From assembly GCA_973895155.1 (NCBI GenBank), contig OZ316895.1, positions 1,815,094 through 1,879,093 on the forward strand: DNA of 64,000 nt. The letters are read 5' to 3'. This document shows, in pieces, positions 1 through 13,366 of the stretch. This DNA is from Marsupella aquatica (Eukaryota > Plantae > Marchantiophyta). Positions within the stretch are counted from its first letter, which is position 1. Every line of letters begins with the position of its first letter. The notes under the pieces were generated by a model that did not search any database, was not told the DNA's origin, and saw nothing but the letters and a program-made list of their open reading frames with translations. Both the position numbers and the translations under genes were made by a program.

Positions 1-69
1 ACGGAGAATTCATTTCTTCTTTCATTACAAATTTACATTTGCTCATCATTACTGCTTCGTGTTATGTAG

Positions 70-2809
70 GCTACTCTGGCCGGTGCGATTTTGGTCACAT
101 TGACTTTTTTATTAGAGGCTATCTTTCTCAGCGTGAATGGACATTCAACCGGTCCATTTTTTTGAACGACTAACTAGTAAGATTGTGAACGGATGAATCA
201 TAGTAGAGTTTTAAGAGGTTTCGCTCAATCTGCTCGGTAGTTTACGAGAATGATTAATGAAGGCATTATGTCTGAGAATTTTATCCCAGATATAAGAGAA
301 ATTATTTATCAACTTTGGGCTATGTCATAAATTATAATGTGGATGAAAAGCTTTTTAATGCTGATGAACTTCTTTTTGGTTCAGTTCAACATGTATGTGC
401 TCAAATGCTGGATCCTGACAGCCCCTACAGCGGCTACCAGACGGAATACACCCGTCCAGCTGCAGATCTTGATCTTACTCTGGAGGAGCCCATAGTTGCT
501 CCAAATCCTCGAGGAGGTCCGGAGCAGGTACGTTTCTCAAATCCGAAACTTATGTTTCTTCAGACAGAGTTGCAGGATACCCTCTCACATACCCCGTCTT
601 GAATTCCATCCTGCACCATGTCAGTTATCTGCTAGCAATCGAACATTCCTTCGTTATTACATTCTATCTCATGTTACTATTATTGAATCGTTCTGTAGGT
701 CTTCGTGACTTTGGGAGACAACACAGGTACAGCAATGACGATAAGCTGGTCCAGCAACAAGACTATGGAATCCTTGGTTTTGTACTCAACGGATCCCAGT
801 AATCTAAATTTATCAGCTACAGGCGATACCCCTGAACGCTATAACTATCTTGACTATACATCTGGCCTCCTCCATCACGTTTCTCTAAGAAATCTTCAGG
901 CAAGCAGTTCTTATTTCTATCAATGAGCTTTCATGACAGTGATGGTTTAATGCGAGGTTTAATGATGGGTTTATAAATTGTCCTTGCTTATGAGTTACTC
1001 CCGACCGATTTCGATTGAGGGCTTACCACCAAAATGCCACCGCGTGTTGTCATCTAAATTCAGCCCTTTCGTTTGAAATCTTGACTGCTAAGCATATGTA
1101 GTGCCACTATGTGCAAAAGTGATTTCGTTCGCTCGAATTCTTTGCAGTATGAGACACATTACTACTATAAGATTGGCAGCAGTAACGAAGAATATCTTAG
1201 TTTTTACGGGGACTTTACAACGCCTCCAGCACCCGGACCAGATACTCCGTTGAAGTTTGCCATTGTGGGTATGTGAAAGGAGGATCTTGGTATCTTTGTA
1301 CTCGCCGGTAGTTCATGCTTATCCTGCATAGAATGTACTTACGAAAGACAGCAGCTAATGCCAGGACGTTCAAAGGAAACTAGTTTCTGCGAATCTCTAA
1401 TTCCTCGACAATGGCCCATGATCTACTTGATCTGCTGGTCTGCGAGCTTCTTGATGGCTGTGTAATTTATGTCAATCTAGATGAATGAGGTTGTCCAGCA
1501 GTTGAATTAAATTTTTGCGATGATTTTTTCAGGAGATCTAGGCACGTAGCCGGATAACAATTCACCTTGGATTTGCATATTCTATCTGTTTAAGCTGAGC
1601 TAGAAGGTGTTTGGTTATTGATGTATTCATGGAATCCTGGATTCCTCAAAGATCGTTCGGGGTGAGTATCTGATCTTGCCTGTCATGTGGGCAGGGTGAT
1701 TTGAAGCGGGTGAACCGGTCAGTCACTCCATGGGTCATCATTGTTACTCACGCACCCTGGTACAACACCTATAATGCTCATTATCTGGAAGGAGAGGTGA
1801 TGCGTACAGGAGTTGAATATTTTGCACGAAAGTACCGGGTGGATGCGATCTTCGCTGGACATGTTCATTCTTACGAGCGCTTTGTGAGTTCACTTCCTAA
1901 TTTTGATAACCGATGAGGCTTTTCAGATTGTGTAGAGTGTCACTAGAATGTCGCTGGGATCACCGTCTTCGTGGTACTTTAGATGGAGCGAGGCTTTATA
2001 AATTTCCATTTAGGCTATACAGATCTGTCGACACCTTTAAATATGACTTTGCTGAACAGTGTGTGTCCATAACTGTATTAATGTTCTACTTTCCAGTTTT
2101 CCAGAATCGAGCCTGGTTACTGGATATCATCCCTCTCACCTTTAGATATTGAGACCGCAACGTCACTGAATCAGGCTTGGGGATGAATCTTGCAGAAGCG
2201 ACTTTATTACTACTCAGAGGATAAATGTGCACCTGTGTACATCACTATCGGAGATGGCGGGAATCGTGAAGGACCCGCTACCGAGTATGTTCGCTTCTTT
2301 CCCGATTCCCATTTTACATCGTGAATAGAAGCATTTATTGCCTTTATAACGGGAGATGTTTACCTCTCTCTGATTTGAAGCTGGATAATATCCCTTGTCA
2401 ATCTATTTATATACTCCTGATTTTCCTGAGACGACTGAGTTTCGCATTTTGTGAACAAGCCTGAACATTTGTTCGAGGAAGATCAAATCCAACTGTAGCT
2501 TGGAAGACTGACTCGTAGCCCTTTGCTGACCTCTGCTTGCTTGTGACCTCCCTTTCCAGGTTTAAGATCGAACCTCGACCAGCGTACTCTGTGTACCGGG
2601 AACCCAGCTTTGGTCATGGAACCCTTGAAATTTTGAACAAGACGACAGCTTTATTTGAGTGGCATCGTAACCAAGATAAAGAGGCCGTGACTGCCGATTT
2701 TGTCTACTTGAACAACCTCCATGGTGTCAATGACTGCTCTGTGCCTGCAGAATACAATCAGCCCGTGTACAATGGAATTGCACAAAAAGCCCGCATATCT
2801 ACTATGTAG
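70..2809 (+). pseudogene. Purple acid phosphatase (PAP10/12/26-type), 5' end outside window, central catalytic exons missing
   Basis: Spliced exons 70-151 (signal-peptide-like ATLAGAILVTLTFLLEAIFLSV), 385-527 (..GGPEQ), 699-899 (FN3-like, YTSGLLHHVSLRNLQ), 1148-1268 (YETHYYYKIG..FTTPPAPGPDTPLKFAIV), 1533- (GDLG then stop), 1695-1883 (VNRSVTPW..VTHAPWY..FAGHVHSYER), 2196-2285 (PVYITIGDGGNREG), 2560-2809 (YREPSFGHG..WHRNQD). GDLSY and GNHE motifs not found. Confidence 0.85.
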
Positions 2810-4987
2810 ATAGCGTTGGCAGAATTGTCACTTGGAAGGAATATATTGTCGTGAACTTGCACTTAATTGGACTATAATTAAGTCCTAATTAAGTCCTTTA
2901 TTTTTCACGCCCTCAATCAAAAGAGTTTGGCTCTGCTATCTACTGCCGCTGAGAATGTGTTCGTCATGGCTCTGATTATTTGCATGCAGACTCAGTCGTT
3001 ATAGCGAGAACGATTTGAAGCTTGTTTGTCAGGTTCCTTGGAGAACGAGGGACTCTTTAGTTCTGAGTGTGGGAGCAGTCGGTGCAACCGTCATCGTCTT
3101 AAGTGGACGATGGATATGGAGAGAAACGGCTAGTAGATATGACCTGTTGAGAAGCTGAGAAATAACTCCGATGGTCGTCTAAGAAGATCACGGTTTGGTT
3201 ATTAAGCATCCTTCAGGTACTGTATCAGCAGCTTTTGACTCGGTCGATTCCAATACTAGAATCTCTGGCCATGTGCACCTTCTTCCGTCATGGCATTGGA
3301 ACCGATCAATCGCTCCCATTGGACAATCAAATTACTATAATTAATTATACATTTCACTTCTTAAGTGACCAGCATGACGTTGCCCAAATCGGAATGCTAG
3401 GACACGCATCTAGTTTCTTGTTAATCAGGTCTGAAATGGCATCTCTTGACACATAAGTCATATTGTATCCTTTATAATCTATGGACCTGTTTTGTTTGCG
3501 AGTTCGCTATTAGTCATCGTTCCAATAATATGGATAACACTTTATATTTCAGTTTTCTCATCAACGTTGTATTTTCTGAAATACCTTGTACAGTACTGGA
3601 TTGGATAGTGAACATGCTCAAGGTTACCCTTGCTCTTTGATCCTCTGCACAGACTTCCAAGGATGGGCTTCCAATTCGGGGGGCGGATATGGATCCTCTT
3701 CACAGACTTCCCAAGATGGGCAAGGGGGCGGATTGCCTATTGCTCTCTCTGCAAATATACTACCTCCCTTGCCTTTGTAGTCAGTTTCTTATCGGGATAC
3801 GATTAGTCGGAGATCCAATCTTTCTCGGTTTTACGTGCCCTTATTTTGCGCTCTTGCTACGTGGTTGGAGCCCTGCTTTGTTCAGTGCAATCTTGGCTCA
3901 CTCTGTCTACTATAATGGGGAGGCACTACTACAGAAACAGTGAACGCCCGGCCCCTACCTCAGCATGCCAAGGCTGTGCATGGATACCGTGCAGGGGAAT
4001 TGCAAGATCTCAATGCTGTGTTCGTGTTACTGTTTGAGACGACTCCTGCATCCAAGTTTCAGCTTGAAGCCTACATGGGACAAAGCGGGGCCAATCCCAT
4101 TGCCTTCAAAGGTATCAAAGAGTGTCTCAAAGAGAGTGCTCGTGACGGTTGTTCGGTTCCTCTGGGATACTTGACTATGTGCTCTAAATTTTGGGCATTA
4201 ATGGAGGGCCTCTTGGGGACATTCACCCCGATTCGAGGCCGTCACCCCCATCGCCTGATAATCAATTGCGTCGGCAATTTCTTGTGCCTCACTATGGTCA
4301 ATTCAACTGTTTCGAGCCTGCCTCAAGACCTTTCTTTGCGGATGGGTTCTATGGTGGTTTGACATTGTCAACCATGTCACAGTGGACCACTATGAACCAA
4401 GACTTTCAAATAAAGGACCTGGTCTTGCTCATGTTGTCCTTTTATACCATCTGGAGGTACTCAAAACACATTGGAATATTGAGGCATGAAGCACCTTGAA
4501 GCATACCTTGCACTTTACCAACCCCATTTTCTTCCTTACCTCCAGTTCTGTGCTTTCATTATCTACAGTATTGTTCTGCAAACATCATCACTAATGTCTA
4601 CAGAACAGCACAATGTCCTCAACACACCATCGTTGTCCAATCACTGAATCCAAGGATACAGTACTATCCTGTACTTAAGAAATGGAAAATCTACGACGTG
4701 TAAGCTGGTTTGATGAACTCTTCCAAAGCGATGAGCGCACTGTACTTTTTCAGGGCTTTAAGGGCTTTTAGAAATTAATAGCTAAGGGGGCACTACATCC
4801 TTATTTGTAAATTTTCATTGTGAGATTCTCTCGATTTTGGCTGACTAGTTGGTACATATTTGCTATTGGTCAGGCAAAATTCAGCCGGATTTGTGGAGGT
4901 GCAGTTCGGCTGAAATTTGGCACAGAAGAAACGCCGAGTAAGCCTTTCCGTTACCAATAGTCTGTCTTTTTCTTGACCGTGAGATTG

Positions 4988-5530
4988 GAGACGAACTGGT
5001 GCGCCGGCGGAAACGCTCCGTTACATTACAGCATTCTTGTGCCTTTTCTGCTCCCTCGAATGCTGTGTAGCGATTGGTGCAGTCTACACACCCTCTCCCT
5101 TTGCATTCGAAGGAGACGAAAATATAGTGTATTGGATTCAATCGGCCTTTTCACTCACCGTGTCATAGTTGATGCTTCGCTCTGCTTTCGATTGCGATCG
5201 CAATCATCTCTTCCATTTCATAGGTGATGCTTCTCTCTGCGTTCGATTGCGATCGCAAGGAGATGAACTGGTGAGCAGGCGGAAACGCTCCGTTACATTA
5301 CAGCATTGTTGTGCCTTTCTGCTGCCTCGAATGCTGTGTTGCGTTTGGTACAGTGGCCGCTCCTCTCCTTCTGCAATCGATGGAGACGAAATATAGTGTA
5401 TTGGATTCAATCGGCCTTTTCACTCAGTGTCATAGCTGATGCTTGTCTCTGCTTTCGATTGCGATCGCAATCATCTCTTACATTTCATAGGTGATGCTTC
5501 TCTCTGTGTTCGATTGCGATCGTTATCGTC
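4988..5530. repeat. Two diverged tandem copies of a ~270 bp unit
   Basis: GGAGA(C/T)GAACTGGTG..GGCGGAAACGCTCCGTTACATTACAGCATT starts at ~4988 and ~5259. Each unit carries two sub-repeats GATGCTT..CTCTG..TTCGATTGCGATCG. Confidence 0.9.
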
Positions 5531-5927
5531 TCTTCCACTGCTGCGGCATAAAATTAGCATGTCATTTGGATTTCTTGATTGAACATCATTATCAATCTGC
5601 GGTTATTGCGAGGGGAGAGATCGGCCTGGAATGAATAAATCGTCCGCTGGCATTTTTCATGTCTTGGATTAAATTATTGTACTTTTTTATGAGAAGCTGA
5701 TCACATAAAGCGCATTCGTGACACGTTCGAAGACGCGGAGTGAACTTCTTGGAGTTGACCATCAGAGTAGTCAGTCGGCACAGTGACCTGTAAAATGGAT
5801 CGAAAGTCGCTCCTAGTCCTTAGTTGCAAAGACGGGGGACATCGGTCCGTGGTGTGACGAACAGCAGGGGCTTGAGAGTGCTGGAAGTCGACATTTACAA
5901 CTCGAATCTCAAGCATTGGCGTTACCG

Positions 5928-8495
5928 ATGGACCTCAGTGAACGGAGAACAGAGGCAGCACCACTGCTGCCGAGCTGGACCAGCGATGGGACTTCGGATA
6001 TACATGGCCAGAAAGGAAAACGTTCGGAGAAACCCGGCGCTCCTCCGGCTATGAAGCAAACTAAACCAAAACTTACTAGCAGTCCCGTTCTTAGGTGAGT
6101 AATCCTTCACCTGCCAGTCTCTCTGCGATCATTCTCTTCTTAGATCTGCGTATCGAACGGCTGGAAAGAGCGTAAGTGTTCAGAAGCATTGGGGACATCT
6201 TCAGGTAGGGCATCTTCGTTAGCAAGGCGGTAAGCTCTGTAAATTGCTCCCTTCCAAGCACTTGGATAACGAAAGCCGAAGAATTCACTGTAAAGGGAAT
6301 TGTGATTTTCATGAAACGAGGAATTATCTGCAAGATAGACAGTTGAAGTAGCGATTGCACGGATAGACATTGTTCATCGGACCTTGTATCGCCTTAATTT
6401 CTCGGCTTATACAATCGATGGCGCGGTAACAGTCGTACGCCGGGAACACTTGAGCAAAATTTCCGATGGTGGAAACACTACAGCGACCGCACGAAAATCT
6501 TACTGGTGGCTGGGACCTGCCGCAAACTGAGCGCCAAGAATAATTTAGATGGGCACTATCCACTCGGCTGTGGAACAAATAATCTTTCTGTGGTCTCGAG
6601 GTTGAATGCGATTATTAACTCTGCTCGGTTGCGTGATGTAGTTTGGTGGCTTCCTTTTCATATGGATTTGCCTCACTGGCAATGGTGTTTCTAAACAAGG
6701 CAGTTCTATTGCAATATTCTCACTCGATGACTCTTCTAGTTCTCCAGGTACCTCTCTTGTCTTCTCTGTCATTACACCCGAATCGGAGTGCCTGCTACTG
6801 ACTTGGCATCGATTATAGCTTGATCCTCTGTGCAAAGTGGTTGAGTGAACGAAATCTTCGTTGCCTAACCTTGTCAAAATTATTAGATCGCCAGGAGTTG
6901 TAAACCTTAATCACGTATTGCTGTTTGTTGCAGCAAGCTGCAACTGCTTTTCTAATTTATTTCGGAGGTAAATTTAAAATCCTTGCGATTCGCGGGATGA
7001 ATTGGAGAACTGCCAACAAGCTACTCCCGGTATCTTTATTCTACAATGCAAATGTGGCCTTCGCTCTTGCAAGCCTGAAAGGCATCAATATTCCAATGTA
7101 CATTGCCCTGAAGAGACTCACTCCCCTCACTGTTCTAATCGCTGGATTCTTTTTTGGGAAGGCGAAACCGTCCGGCAAGGTACGACAGCTCTTTCCACTT
7201 CAATGTCGCTACCGTGCGATTGTTTGTCAGCATTTCATATCGTCCTTGAATGCACAGCAGTGACACCGCTGTTATTCCTTTAAACGTAAACTTGTAGCAG
7301 TCGTGTTACTGCTGAGGCCGGGGTGAGGTTCTGATGATGCATTTTAGTAATTTTAAATCCAGTGCGATCACGGAACGAAGTACTTAGCTCTTAGCTTCAT
7401 TTGTTCCATTCTCATCCAGTAACTTCGTAGAACGTTTTTTGAACGTAGACACATGTTGATTGCAGGTGTCCTTATCGGTTCTGCTGACAGCTCTAGGAGT
7501 ATTCATTGCAGCCCTGGGAGACTTTTCATTTGATCCTATGGGATATACAATGGCTCTCACTTCAGTATTCTTTCAGGTTCATAGCTCCCTCACTCTGCAG
7601 TTGGCTGAGAGGATATTACGTCAACGTCCTTGTGGTTTTTTCTTTACACGATTTCCTTTGCCTGCCCTTTGGAGACCTTCCACAAGACCTTCCATAAAAA
7701 GAATTCGCTCCTGCAATTATGTAGATCTTTCCAGTATCTATCTGCTATAACCGACATTTGTGCTAAAATGTACAGACAGCATATCTCATCCTCGTGGAGA
7801 GGTCAGGTGTAGATGATGGCCTGTCTTCCACAGAGCTGATGCTGTACAACTCCATTCTTTCACTTCCTTTTCTGCTATTTTATATCGTTGGAACCGGCGA
7901 GCTGGCTGTAGCGGGACCTGTTCTCGTGGAAAAGGTTTGTTACCTGCATCTGTCTCAGAAATGCTAGAACCATTCGACAGTCATTCCATTTTGCAAACAC
8001 TTAAGAACGGTACCACGTGTATGACGAGTATGTCCGTTGAATAGACTGTCGTGAAGTTTTGGAGCTTACAAGTTGATAACGCTTCTGCAGATGGTGAATT
8101 GGGACTTCAGTATCATGATCATTATATCTTTGGTTATGGGAATCGTTCTAAACTTCACAATGTTTCTCTGCACTATTGTTAACTCCGCCCTTACCACCAC
8201 CATTGTTGGAGTTCTCAAAGGAGTCGGTTCTACGGTATGGCATCCTCGGCTGATATGTCTCGAACTTATTTCTATCTTGAAGACCTCAACCAGTTTCTTT
8301 ACAGTATTGTTTCTACTTCGTCGGTCTAACGGCATTTTGCTTCATTGTCAGGTGCTTGGCTTCGTGCTTCTTGGGGGGGTGGACATTCACGCCCTCAACG
8401 TTGCTGGGCTAGTCATAAACACCTTGGGTGGCGTCTTATATTCAATTGTGAAGTACAGTGAAAAAAAGGCGAGGAAACATTTTCCCAAATCTTAA
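5928..8495 (+). CDS. UTR7: Nucleotide-sugar transporter (SLC35D/TPT superfamily), UDP-galactose/UDP-glucose transporter 7-like
   Basis: Seven in-frame exons: 5928-6094, 6642-6747, 6934-7179, 7466-7576, 7776-7934, 8091-8234, 8352-8495. Motifs SYGFASLAMVFLNKAV, FYNANVAFALASLKGINIPMYIALKRLTP, LNFTMFLCTIVNSALTTTIVGVLKGVGST. Confidence 0.9.
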
Positions 8496-10174
8496 ATTTT
8501 GTGCCATTTGCTGCAAACCAAACATCAGTCTGGAGCTTCAAAGAAATTTACAGGGGGATATCTCTGTCCTCCTTTGGCCTTGGTATATACAAAGTAATAA
8601 AGAAGCAATTACAGATCTTGCTGTATGTGTGGAAATTGTGAAGTTTCCAGCAATACTTCACATCCGATGGTTTCAAGTAGTTTGTGACGCTGTCAATTCT
8701 TCCCTCAGCAAAAACAGATAGGGAAGAGGTATTTTCTACCAGCGTTCGACATTCAGTCTAGGACATGCATATCATTCGGTGACCATGGCAACTTAACATG
8801 GCTAATAATCTTTGTAAGCTCAAATTATGGGCACAAGACAGACGCACAATCCAACCAGATCGACATAAAGTTCCCGCTTGAACGTACGGACAAAAGTAAA
8901 CTGTCCCGTCTGGACTCTGTGCAACTCTTTCCTTCAGGCATTGCTGTCCAGAACAAAATCATGAACCAGTGAATGTTACTTATTATTGTTCGTCCTTACG
9001 AAAAATCTGCCGACAGTCGCAGTCAAGTATCGCCTATCACTCCCATCAAGGAATTCTCTCCAGATTCTGGCCTGAAACTATTTGATACCTAGAGGCCAAG
9101 GGTGACTTCACAAGTAGGTTGGAAAGAACTGCTTGCAAAAGCGCCCTCCCAAGCTACTCATCAGAACTCGAGGTTAAGATATTGTTATGGCTAACGTGAG
9201 AACGGAAGGGACTGTGTTGGAAAAGACTGTTGAGGGATTCCACACTCACTCCTAAATATACGGGGCTTAAATCAGTGAAGATACGCTAGTTCCACCTTCT
9301 ATCCGGCTCTTTGAGTAAACACCAGAACAGGTCGGCACAGCACCTTCTAAACATCGGTAAACCGAGTTCACCATGGGAAACGGTGTGGATTTAACAAAAC
9401 TCGTGGCACTGGTGCTTAGTGTTGAAACTTGGTGACACGAGCCACTAGGGTAAGTAAACGAGACGTGGAAATATTGTTGGAAGTACGAGCCTGCAGGTCC
9501 CTAAACCAATATTAATAAGAACTTTAGGTACTAGTGCACCAGTTGGATAACCAAGTAAGGATTTCCACCAACTCGTAACTTTAAGCAATTCAGAAAGACT
9601 AACGAGTGCCAGGATTGAGCCGACACCACACGTACTTGGAACTGAATTGTCAGAAAACAAATTCAAAGATTAGTGAATGATAAATCGGAGAAACAGAATA
9701 GTTAAAATGAAGAAACAATGGCATTTTATAATGTAATGTCATGTCATCTGATTTTATCCCACCGCGGTGTGATAATTGTTAACTTCCATCCTCAACAGCT
9801 GTTTTCTCAAGCTGAGAATTGAGCACCTTCGATCTTCTAGGTCGATATCGTTTAGGGTGCTCGTGCACTTAATTGACTAGTTGATTGTTTCAGACGTATT
9901 TCGTAAACCGGTCCGCTATTACTGGTTCCCGGAAAAAAATTCTGCTCGCGTACTAAATGAACTACTCTAGTCTTTCAAATATTGCTGTTAAACCAGCCAT
10001 CAATATTGGTTCCAGGTCCAGAAATCTGCTCCTAGCTAGCTTGTTCTATTCACAAAAGTGCGACAATGATCTTACTCGTTCAAATTCACAAAAACTGCAC
10101 AAAGAATATGCTGAAGATGTGGCTTATAGCTGGATGTCACAAGGAAATTCAACCGGTGCACATTTTCGGTGGGA

Positions 10175-13100
10175 CTATTGAGAAGAAACGGCTCTACAGG
10201 GATATGACTGTCCGTCAATCTGAGCGTATTGGATGGGAATGAAGTCCGCTGTTCCACCATACGCTTTGGGAAGGCATTCTTCCCCGATTTCCTCCTTCAG
10301 CATCGACTCCATATCTTTATCGCTGACAAACATGATCTGCAGGGTGTATCATTCTTCGTCAGTTGAGGTTCATTCGAAATGACACATCACCTCATGACAA
10401 GAGACCTACCTATTCTGGTTGCAGTCAATGCTTCATGGATGATATGCATCCATGACCAAAGGGACACAAATGCGCACGATACCTTCACAGAAAAACCCTA
10501 AAATCGACGTCTCTCATTCCTCCCATCCATAAAGGAAGTAACTGCTTTCAAACGTTCCTCGTACTATAGTTCTAGGGTAGTTTATGAGCTCCGCTAGCAG
10601 AATTCAGACTGAGGGGCAACGTTTATAATTATAAAAATTTCAGTCTGTCTTGGCAGTAGTAGTGTGGTTTAACCGGCAGTTAACTGAAGTTTAGCGACCA
10701 AACTTCAATTCATGACTCGATCGACAATACCGAGAGTGACGGTGTTACTCAATGGGAAAGAATATGTACCTTCTTTCTCGTCCTCACATCAACTGTAGGC
10801 TCCACAAGTTTGTAAGTGCCATGGAACAAAGACGACGCGTGAAGCAAGAAAAGTCTTGACATTCTCTCTGGATAATGAGCCTGCTCATCATACACCAGTG
10901 AATTACCATGAGAAGACTAATTTAAATGCAGCTTCATAGATAAAAATTAATACCAAACCAGCAAGTGAGAGTCTAATGTGTCCTAGAGTTTTGGCAAATA
11001 CCAAGCCCCCACCTATCAAATAAAATGTGTACATAAACTCTCTAAGAATGGTAGGTCTCAGCAACATGACTGTAGAGAAAACATACCTGCAGAAAGTCAA
11101 TCATCATTAAAGAGGCGCTAGTGTCCATGTTTCTGTATCCCGTAGATCCAGTATCGAAGATAGTAATAAATTGCTCCACTCCTTCTGGCATACTTCGCAT
11201 TGCCAAGATCGATACCAAAGTCATCAATGTAGATCATGTCAGTAAAATCAACTTAGTGCTCCTTCGGACAAACCAACCGCAATCTATGAACCTCAAACAG
11301 ACAAACCTGAAGGAATTCAAATGAAGGAGAAGTTTATATCCTAGTGCAAGCAAAAGCACAAGAACGAATTGTCATTGGAGGGTTCCGTCCAGGTGATTTT
11401 GCCATCCAATGCGCGAAACGTCAATCACCTGATCCACTTAGAAGAACTAAACAAATAGGTTGTGCTGTAGTGAAATTGCTTCATCTTAGGTGAGAAGAGT
11501 TTTTACCTTGCAATAACTTTTTCAGTGCAGTAATAGCAGTATCCTGCAACACCAAACGAGAAACCCTCGTTAGCATACTATTACCTTAGAGACTATATAA
11601 ACGACTGATTAACTTGGCACGTATGCTCAGTTTTCCCATTCGATAGTGATGGAGATACATCACAACCAATTTCCTTGAAAAACGTTTTAGCTTTACTTTG
11701 GGCAACAAAAGGATCAGAAGGTGTCCGGATTGCAATCCAGATTATAAAACATGACGCAGATACTTTTGAGGGAATTACTTTTGAACTCCTCCATGTCTCG
11801 CCCCTTGGAGAAATGCTTTGCTCCTATGACAATCATGAGAGGCCGTCCTCGCTTGTCCAGACCTTGTAAAAATGTCTTCTCTGCCTGCAACTGGTTAGGT
11901 ATTTCGTCCTCTGTAATGAAACCCTTCGGCGCAAACTGAGCTCTCCACCTCCAGTCTTTAATGAACATTTCCGAAGCCTTAGCTACGTCCATATTGCGCG
12001 CTTTCAAGAAGCGCAGCAAAGTTGCATCGTCAACCTATTCGAAACAAAAAACTGTACAATTAATAGCAGCTTCTACGATAATCTAGTCCGCAAACCACCA
12101 TACGTCAGGAAATCTAAAAAATAGACGCTTGTAGTTGTCCCGCGCGTCAAATAACAGCTAAAATTAAAGGAGTATCCACAGACCGTAGACTCAAAGCGAA
12201 GAAACCATTGGCGTACTCAGAACTTCCGCAGCTAATGCGAAGTCTTTCACTCTTACAGACGGCGTCACCCTAAGATGTGACGCCCTCGACATTGTGTAGC
12301 TTGTGTAAGATACGCGTAGAATCTAGTGGTACTTATTGACATTACTTCATATGGCTAGAATTCCAGGATTAAACTTTGATAGCATATGCGAAAGTTTGAC
12401 ATCATGAATTAGCGAAGGAACGGACTTTTTCTTATCTCATCGACCTCGCAGATAGAATAAAATTTGGCTTAAAACTCGAATTCAAAGCTTCAAGTTGCCA
12501 AGACTAGCTTTCACCATCCCCGGCAAGCAACCGGAGGTGATGTAATAATAAACTTATTAACATGCACCGTTGCCGACATGTGTTCAAATAATATGCTTCT
12601 ACAGTCTTATATACGAGTTTACCTACAAAAATAAAGGAAAATCGAAATCCATAGAGCACGATAGCGCTATTTTCCGGGAAGACGGTATAACTCAAATCCA
12701 CCAATTATTTATGGAATAGCCGGCTGCTTGACTTCATCATATGTAGATCAGAGGTGTTACTTATATTGAACTGTAGTGCGTTCAGACTCTTGATTCCTGA
12801 TCAACGTACCGCTCGACAGAATCCGGACGTCTGCTCTCGCTCCATGAGCTCGCGAGTGTCTGAGTCTGTCCAATCTTACATACCTCCTTTAGGCGCTCCT
12901 CGGGCTCCGAATCGATCACGCTATCTCGCAACTCACTGACGGGGCGCAACTCCGAGACTCCGATACCACTGTGATTCCCATTTGGTCTAGATGATAGATT
13001 CCATTTCTGACCATAACCCGTTGAAACGCTTTCATGCATGCCATCCTCTGTTCGCCCGCCATCTTCTGCAGCTTGGTTACTCGAGTAATCTGAGTCCCTG

Positions 13101-13366
13101 TCTTCAGATTCATTAGCTGTGACATAGCCTTCATCGTCACTTGAATCTCGATCGAATGCGTCAAATATTCTTTCCTGGTGATTTATTGCTGTGTCACCTC
13201 CTGAGTTACGTGGGCTGTTATCTGAAGTCAAAAAGGTTTCCTTCGAAAGTGATCCCAACATTGGTGATGATTTTGAATGTCCATGGGTAGAGAAAACACT
13301 CCTGAGAGACGAAGCAGTTTTATGCCGCGCTGACGATGCATAACGGTGTAGCGAATGGAGAGCCAT
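10175..13366 (-). CDS. Sec14/CRAL-TRIO lipid-binding protein (random slug 5/SFH-like) with ~160 aa low-complexity N-terminal extension
   Basis: Six in-frame exons: 13366-12884, 12034-11779, 11543-11507, 11192-11087, 10880-10770, 10336-10175. Motifs DDATLLRFLKARNMDV, QGLDKRGRP, FLQAHYPERM, LPKAYGG. Confidence 0.9.
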
